Shown in pieces: positions 33,271 through 38,514 of a stretch of 38,514 nt of DNA. The position numbers were made by a program, and so were the translations under genes. How positions within the stretch are numbered: position 1 is the first letter of the stretch; each line of letters begins with the position of its first letter. The notes under the pieces were generated by a model. That model did no database searches, was not told where the DNA came from, and worked only from the letters and a program-made list of their open reading frames with translations. Source of the DNA: Fidelibacterota bacterium UBA7303 (GTDB taxonomy: Bacteria > Fidelibacterota > Marinisomatia > Marinisomatales > UBA1611); contig DKQR01000066.1 of NCBI GenBank assembly GCA_002471805.1, positions 1 through 38,514 on the forward strand, written 5' to 3'.

Positions 33271-35085
33271 TTATTTTTCATCCTTTACGCAACGAAAGCC
33301 AACTTTATACCCTACGATTTTTGAATCAGGAGGCAGGTAATAACGGTGTGCACAACGAAAAAAGCTGCGATTATTAAACTCTGCACCACCACGAATCACT
33401 TTATATTTTTCACCATATGCGGGATTGGAAACATTATTTCCAGAATAGGGATTATACCAGCTGGATGTCCATTCCCATACATTTCCTGCCATGTCCAAAC
33501 AACCGTATGGACTTGCCCCTGGTGACACCTTTCCCACCGGTGATGCATCATCCCAGGCGGTCATCGTAACATCCCAATAATTACCCCAGGGGAAAATCCG
33601 TCCATCAGTACCCCGGGCTGCTTTTTCCCACTCTTCTTCATTAGGCAAACGTTTGCCTGCCCATGTAGCATAGGCATCGGCTTGCTCCCAGGTGACCAAA
33701 GCAGGATTAATTTCTTTCCCTTCCGGAAAAGTAAAACTTGAATCAAAATTTTTGTACTCATCATTGGTCACTTCAAATTTGTCAATCCAAAAACCCGTTA
33801 ACAATACTTCGTGTTGAGGACTTTCATCTTTATCACCCATATCACTGCCCATAATAAATGCCCCTGCAGGAACGAATACCATTTTTTCATTTTTAATTTC
33901 AGGCTTATTTAATTTTCCATCTGCGGTGATAAATCCATGGTAGCGTCCAAACCAGTATGCCCAAAGAAACTTTCGCGGTGATGACTGCCAGTAAGCTAAC
34001 AAGCGGACAGGACCGGATGTTGATCTCATAAAGGTAACACGCTTATTTTTTGTTATTTCAAATTGATTCAGATCATTTAATGTGTTCTGATCGATGGATT
34101 GCGATCCAGGATATAAAGCTTGGCGAATAAAATCATATTCGGCATGGTTTGCATCTTTTAATAAGATCCAGTGTCTTTCAAGGGAAGAACGGTAATGTTC
34201 TAGGATAATTGGATCATGCTCATATTTATGAAGCATTCGCAGTGCATCAATGGCAAGTCCGTCATCACTGCGATTAATTGCGTACTTTGGTGATACGACT
34301 TTTGCTAAAGCGGCCTCTTCATGGAATTTAAATTCATTAATCAGCTGATTATATTTAACAGCATATTTTTCCTGACGCGTTATATGGTGGGCAATTTTAA
34401 GATTGCTCAAAGACAATAAGGCATTCAATGATTCATGAGGAATGTTCGGACTGAGGTTGCCCCATAAAGTCATTTTCCCATCAACATCAATGATACGCAT
34501 ATCATTATTAAGGATCCGGCTCATCACCCGATCCACTGCTTTCATGATTTTATTTTTCTCCACATCATCTGCAATAAAATCATAGTAGTCGGTCAGCCCA
34601 ATGATCCAACCGTTAAGCTGATCCACGCTCAAATCACCGAGCCAGCGATAGTCAGGCATAACGATTGACTGATGCCATTCATGGGGGAAGAAGAATGCTT
34701 CTTCATCAATGGTTGGGTTGATGCTGTGCTTAAACGCCCGTGCAATAACTCCGGGCGTACCAGTGACTTTTTCAAGTCTTAATAAAGCATGCATTGACTT
34801 TTGTGCATTCTGCTTAGCTAGATTATCACCGGTGGCTGCATAACGAAAACATTCAGCGGTTACATATCGTCCTGTATTAAAACAGAAATCTTCCTGAGTT
34901 GATGCATCGAACTCTTTTGGACCTTCAACCACCTGAATAATTGTAGGTACAAGCTGGCCTTCCCGCATATGGTCGCGCTGGATGATTTTTTCAAAACGCA
35001 ATGCTTTCTGAGTCAGGGATTCCTGAGCAGTGACTCTAGTAATAAAGGAAATAATTGCTAAAAGAAGAAAAAATGTGTTTTTCAT
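33271..35085 (-). CDS. Secreted two-domain protein: unknown ~390-aa N-terminal domain fused to an FGE-sulfatase (SUMF1/EgtB/PvdO-family) domain
   Basis: This is a 604-aa ORF with the Shine-Dalgarno-like AAGGTGA at 35090-35096 (minus strand) and the signal peptide FFLLLAIISFITRVTAQ. The C-terminal ~200 aa contain MVFVPAGAFIMGS, ESPQHEV, FWIDKFEVTNDEY, WAGKRLPNEEEWEKAARG, FPWGN, GNVWEWTSSWY and VIRGGA...RCAHRY. These are hallmarks of the FGE-sulfatase fold. Confidence 0.75.
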   Translation of the reverse strand: MKNTFFLLLAIISFITRVTAQESLTQKALRFEKIIQRDHMREGQLVPTIIQVVEGPKEFDASTQEDFCFNTGRYVTAECFRYAATGDNLAKQNAQKSMHALLRLEKVTGTPGVIARAFKHSINPTIDEEAFFFPHEWHQSIVMPDYRWLGDLSVDQLNGWIIGLTDYYDFIADDVEKNKIMKAVDRVMSRILNNDMRIIDVDGKMTLWGNLSPNIPHESLNALLSLSNLKIAHHITRQEKYAVKYNQLINEFKFHEEAALAKVVSPKYAINRSDDGLAIDALRMLHKYEHDPIILEHYRSSLERHWILLKDANHAEYDFIRQALYPGSQSIDQNTLNDLNQFEITKNKRVTFMRSTSGPVRLLAYWQSSPRKFLWAYWFGRYHGFITADGKLNKPEIKNEKMVFVPAGAFIMGSDMGDKDESPQHEVLLTGFWIDKFEVTNDEYKNFDSSFTFPEGKEINPALVTWEQADAYATWAGKRLPNEEEWEKAARGTDGRIFPWGNYWDVTMTAWDDASPVGKVSPGASPYGCLDMAGNVWEWTSSWYNPYSGNNVSNPAYGEKYKVIRGGAEFNNRSFFRCAHRYYLPPDSKIVGYKVGFRCVKDEK

Positions 35086-35235
35086 ATTCTCACCTTATAT
35101 ATCGACTTTAATAAATACCCTATAATTATTCCAGCTTATAGAATTGTGCATGAAAAGGATTATAATTATTTGGCATTATTTATTTACGATATTCTTTGGT
35201 CACTTTTTTAACCACTTTCTAATTTCTTAATATTG

Positions 35236-36501
35236 CTAATTCGAATTCATTTTAGATGGAGCAGGTGATTGTTTTATTAATTGTATCGCTTCCTTTATAT
35301 ATATTTCACCCGTTTTTTCACCAAGGCCGGTTTGAGTGACGTAATTATATATTTTGAAGCTATTCCAATCTACTTTTGATAAAATATATCCATAAGCATC
35401 ATTGGTTAAACCGAATAAAATATTGTGTTTTCCATTCATGTTTCGTTTTAAAAAATACCCGATGTTTGGCATTGCTTCCCCCGGGATTGTCAAAATTTGA
35501 GCATTACCTATATTAATCAAATTGATGCGTGTTTGAACTCTTTTCTCATTGTAGATACCAGACAATACAGGCGATTGATTTATTATGGAAAGTATCATTT
35601 CTGATTCAATTGGTAATGAAACATCTCTCCACCCACAAAATATCCTGGGGTTGATCTGCTTCGGAGCATCCCGGATAATCCGAAGTGCCTCATCTGCAAG
35701 AAGGTGACCGATCCGTATACACTCATTCCAAGTCCGGATATCTTTTCCATCCGGTCCTCTGACATCTGCGGTAACCATACCTCCTTGTGCACTATTCATA
35801 AATATTCCTGTTCCACCTCCTTTCATTTCTAATCGATCATAGAGAGGGCCGATTAGATCAGGACTAAGGATATTTTGGCCATCTCCGAGGACCTCTGGAT
35901 GAATTGCATAATTAACCAGCGTGGCTAATGGCACCCCTTCAGAGGTAATTGCTTGAATTATGTGACATCGCGGATCATAGAGTTCATCCGCATAGGAATT
36001 ATATGCAATTTTTCCATAAGCTTCCCCGCTTGCGATTTTTAAAGACACAGGTTCTAGTCGTTTTACAGCTTCCAAAATAGCCTGCGCCGTTTTAGTACAA
36101 ACGAATTCCAAGTATTCAAGATCGGCAGAAGTGCCGCCATCCCCATCGGGAAAGCCGTAGCAATCTGGAGCACTGTGAGTATGTGTTGCTCCTATTAATA
36201 TATTTTCTGGTGGTATTGATGAAACATCCTTACGAACCTTGTCTCCCAATGCACGGGGAAACCCAAGAAAATCTGTACTTACAATTGCTATTCGTGTAAT
36301 GCTATCATCTAAAACGAATGCCCGTACTGTTAAATCACCCTTTTTATTATTTACAGGACGTGATGGTCCTACACCGCCGGACACAGGGAGTAATGGGTCA
36401 GGTGTAACAATTTTTACTGCCATACCTGCTCGAAATTCAGCATGTGCTGACACACATAAGAATAATAAAAAATAAAAGATAATATTGATGCACGTCTTCA
36501 T
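35236..36501 (-). CDS. Secreted hydrolase resembling the neutral/alkaline ceramidase N-terminal domain family
   Basis: I place the start at ATG 36501 (MKTCINIIFYFLLFLCVSAHA, a signal peptide). The track start at 36552 overlaps the upstream gene. The segment FRAGMAVKIVTPDP...GDLTVRAFVLDD..RIAIVSTDFLGF...ILIGATHTHSAPD follows the ceramidase_alk-like pattern. The family call is from memory. Confidence 0.5.
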   Translation of the reverse strand: MKTCINIIFYFLLFLCVSAHAEFRAGMAVKIVTPDPLLPVSGGVGPSRPVNNKKGDLTVRAFVLDDSITRIAIVSTDFLGFPRALGDKVRKDVSSIPPENILIGATHTHSAPDCYGFPDGDGGTSADLEYLEFVCTKTAQAILEAVKRLEPVSLKIASGEAYGKIAYNSYADELYDPRCHIIQAITSEGVPLATLVNYAIHPEVLGDGQNILSPDLIGPLYDRLEMKGGGTGIFMNSAQGGMVTADVRGPDGKDIRTWNECIRIGHLLADEALRIIRDAPKQINPRIFCGWRDVSLPIESEMILSIINQSPVLSGIYNEKRVQTRINLINIGNAQILTIPGEAMPNIGYFLKRNMNGKHNILFGLTNDAYGYILSKVDWNSFKIYNYVTQTGLGEKTGEIYIKEAIQLIKQSPAPSKMNSN

Positions 36502-36548
36502 ATAATTATACAAAATATGTAATTGGTAACCACAACTACAAGACTTAA

Positions 36549-37964
36549 TCAAGGAAGATAATTATCATTAATAAAAATAACGAATATTTGGGTAAAGGCT
36601 TTCCCGGATTTTTCATCTGGAATATTTCTGTTATAAGCAATCGTTCTACCATCATGACTCCAAACCAATGCTGATGGTTTTGGTTGAGTAGGTGAGGTTA
36701 TTTTTTTCCAGGATTTATCTTTTACATTAGTAATCACAATTGAATTATTCCAAAGAAAACAAACGTGGGTACCGTCCGGGTGCCAGCGAACCCCTGATTG
36801 TACCGGATTGTCAAATGAAGTTAATTGCCTAGGGTTATCGCCTAGAGGAGACATAAGAAAAACCTGATCAATTCCATTTTTATCTTTGGCAAGATATGCG
36901 ATTGTAGTTCCCCCTGGGTTAGAACGGACGATTCCGCTGCAGCCAGGGAAAGGGGAACTGGCGGTAAAAGTAAGACGGCGCTGAAGAGTGCCTTTAGGCG
37001 GCATGGGCATAATATCCTTGGTCCCAGACAGAGGTCCAAAAGGACCGGGATTAGTCAGATCAGCAGGAATATCCACAATGAATAGTTCTTTTACATTTTT
37101 TCTACCAGTGGAAAGAACTGTGCCTAGAAATGCGCGACTCAACTGCATCGTTCCATCCGGCTTTTTATAACCATATTTCCCAACCCAACTATCATCTGCG
37201 GCGTGGCTGATCTCATCCGAACCGGGACCGGGTTCAGATGTTACACGTACGACTAAAGCAGACGTACCGGCACCGGAAAAATTTCCCCTGTCATTTTCTC
37301 CACTGATATAAACCGGGTGATTCATTTTTGTAACGCCGATGGTTCGCAAATTATATTTCTTTCCCTTATCTGCCATGACAGCATCATTATATGTAAATCC
37401 AATCCATTGACCGTCTCCGCTGAATTCATGACGATGCGTACCACCTCGTAATGCGCCGGAAGTAAATGGAAAAAGGACATCCCTTGCATCAGTTACAATA
37501 GGATGTGTCGGATTATCTTCATCTACCAGCATTCCAAATCGTCTCCATTTTTCGTATGGTTTATCTCTGGAATGATTTAGTAATCCGTGTATAAAAATAA
37601 TTTTATTTTCTATCGGGTGATAACTAACAGCTCCTGTCCCTGGCCCGGTTTCGCTTGCACCAGGTGCGCTGTAAATTGTGACTATTTCTTTTGTACTAAT
37701 ATTGACTTTTTCAATGGTTTTTCCCGTGCGAATACCACCATTATTGGTGCGGGTATCATATACCAGCCACATATTATCTGGGGAAAAATTATCATTGTTA
37801 TCCAGACTATGATTATAAGGAGAAAAAGTAATTTGAGTTTCACTGAACGGATAATTGGTTTGCATACATCCGTTTAATAAAAAACCTAATATAATGGGAA
37901 TAAAAAAGTACACCTTTTCTCCATTCGCTTTTAATTTGAGTGGTAATAATAAAATAAACACCAA
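36549..37964 (-). CDS. DUF3748 (E. coli YidR-like) beta-propeller protein, probably a lipoprotein or secreted
   Basis: This is a 471-aa track ORF with a TTG start at 37964. The segment ITFSPYNHSLDNNDNFSPDNMWLVYDTRTNNGGIRTGKTIEKVNISTKEIVTIYSA closely parallels the YidR N-terminus as I remember it. The TTG at 37964 overlaps the divergent ATG by 1 nt, so an internal GTG at 37913 (MYFFIPIILGFLLNGC) may be the real start. Confidence 0.6.
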   Translation of the reverse strand: MVFILLLPLKLKANGEKVYFFIPIILGFLLNGCMQTNYPFSETQITFSPYNHSLDNNDNFSPDNMWLVYDTRTNNGGIRTGKTIEKVNISTKEIVTIYSAPGASETGPGTGAVSYHPIENKIIFIHGLLNHSRDKPYEKWRRFGMLVDEDNPTHPIVTDARDVLFPFTSGALRGGTHRHEFSGDGQWIGFTYNDAVMADKGKKYNLRTIGVTKMNHPVYISGENDRGNFSGAGTSALVVRVTSEPGPGSDEISHAADDSWVGKYGYKKPDGTMQLSRAFLGTVLSTGRKNVKELFIVDIPADLTNPGPFGPLSGTKDIMPMPPKGTLQRRLTFTASSPFPGCSGIVRSNPGGTTIAYLAKDKNGIDQVFLMSPLGDNPRQLTSFDNPVQSGVRWHPDGTHVCFLWNNSIVITNVKDKSWKKITSPTQPKPSALVWSHDGRTIAYNRNIPDEKSGKAFTQIFVIFINDNYLP

Positions 37965-38514
37965 TGGATAACCAACAATTTCGAGGCATTATTCCACCCA
38001 TGGTTACCCCACTAAAAGGGTGGGATACATTAGACCAGGATGGAATGGTGCGCCTGATAGACCATATTTTGTCTGGAGGCGTTCACGGACTTTTTCTATT
38101 GGGGACAACGGGGGAAGCGCCCAGCTTGAGTCACCGTTTGAGAAAAGAGATTGTCCAAAGGGCATTGGACCAGATAAAAGAAAGAATACCAGTTTTGGTC
38201 GGAATCACAGATACATCTTTTGATGAATCAATTAATTTAGCAGAATACGCCGCAGAAAAAGGAGCCAGTGCAGTGGTATTGGCTCCTCCATATTATTTTC
38301 CAGCGGGTCAACTGGAATTACTGGAATACCTTGAACATTTGGTTCCTCGACTTCCATTACCTTTATTCTTGTACAATATGCCTACCCATACTAAGTTATT
38401 TTTTGAACCTGAAACAGTAAAAGCTGCATCCGAAATCCCGGGTGTCATTGGATTAAAAGATAGTTCTGCCAATATGGTTTATTTCCACCAGCTGCAACAG
38501 ATATTTAAGGATCA
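37964..38514 (+). CDS. Dihydrodipicolinate synthase/N-acetylneuraminate lyase-family class I aldolase, N-terminal 183 codons (runs off the window end)
   Basis: This ORF is not in the ORF track because it is edge-truncated. From ATG 37964 it reads MDNQQFRGIIPPMVTPLKGWDTLDQDGMVRLIDHILSGGVHGLFLLGTTGEAPSLSHRLRKEIV...LYNMPTHTKLFFEPETVKAASEIPGVIGLKDSSANMVYF. It contains the family signatures GTTGE and the Schiff-base lysine motif IGLKDSS. The track ORF at 38020-38223 is in a different frame. Confidence 0.85.
   Translation, partial: MDNQQFRGIIPPMVTPLKGWDTLDQDGMVRLIDHILSGGVHGLFLLGTTGEAPSLSHRLRKEIVQRALDQIKERIPVLVGITDTSFDESINLAEYAAEKGASAVVLAPPYYFPAGQLELLEYLEHLVPRLPLPLFLYNMPTHTKLFFEPETVKAASEIPGVIGLKDSSANMVYFHQLQQIFKD

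Noticed and set aside
33271-35085. Calling this gene a sulfatase-maturing formylglycine-generating enzyme.
   Set aside because: Only one of the two catalytic cysteines appears to be present, and no sulfatase gene is nearby. I kept the call at the fold/superfamily level.
38020-38223. The 67-aa plus-strand ORF given in the track.
   Set aside because: It is in the wrong frame. The frame opening at ATG 37964 gives an unmistakable DapA-family N-terminus (GTTGE, IGLKDSS) through to the window end.
1-38514. Search by eye for CRISPR arrays, tandem DNA repeats, IS elements or transposases, integrases, phage genes, toxin-antitoxin pairs or known defence genes.
   Set aside because: I found none. Every gap longer than 60 nt was read and contains no repeat-spacer periodicity, and every ORF longer than 200 aa has a metabolic, transport or envelope assignment. 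A computational repeat finder would be needed to exclude short dispersed repeats.

Overview
This is an AT-rich, very gene-dense chromosomal fragment with about 31 CDS, two of them cut by the window edges. Non-coding DNA is limited to a few gaps of 60-300 nt. I recognised no rRNA, tRNA, CRISPR array, transposase, integrase or phage gene, and no obvious transcription regulator. The gene content includes a T9SS-type C-terminal sorting domain, a PorV-like porin, a CarboxypepD_reg-type TonB-dependent receptor, several TAT-exported Gfo/Idh/MocA oxidoreductases and a DUF1080 protein. Clear Shine-Dalgarno-like sites are also present (GGGAGA 9088-9093, AGGAGA 12966-12971). Together these suggest a non-Bacteroidia member of the FCB superphylum or a similar marine heterotroph, but this taxonomic guess is inference only. 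The window falls into five blocks.

- **Block A (1-4819, minus strand):** a translationally coupled operon encoding an OPA-family MFS transporter, an aldehyde dehydrogenase, an Fe-alcohol dehydrogenase, a HAD hydrolase and a GATase1-like fragment.
- **Block B (4975-17786, plus strand):** a haem-b-like membrane protein with an apparent frameshift, a large secreted purple-acid-phosphatase-like enzyme, and a sugar/glycoside oxidation cluster. The cluster holds four Gfo/Idh/MocA oxidoreductases (three with twin-arginine signals), a xylose-isomerase-like TIM barrel, an MFS transporter, an AGE-family epimerase and a DUF1080 protein.
- **Block C (18083-24248):** the most unusual part. One operon encodes a heptahaem cytochrome c, a 4-TM His-rich membrane protein, a discoidin-like protein, a GT-C glycosyltransferase and ApbE. 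A GT2 gene converges on its end.
- **Block D (24406-33213, minus strand):** an operon encoding a TonB-dependent receptor, an 1150-aa surface protein with a T9SS-type C-terminal domain, a PorV-like protein and a SurA-N-like protein.
- **Block E (33271-38514):** an FGE/SUMF1-domain fusion protein, a ceramidase-like hydrolase, a DUF3748 (YidR-like) beta-propeller and a partial DapA-family aldolase.

All family calls come from reading the translations and recognising motifs from memory. No database search was run.
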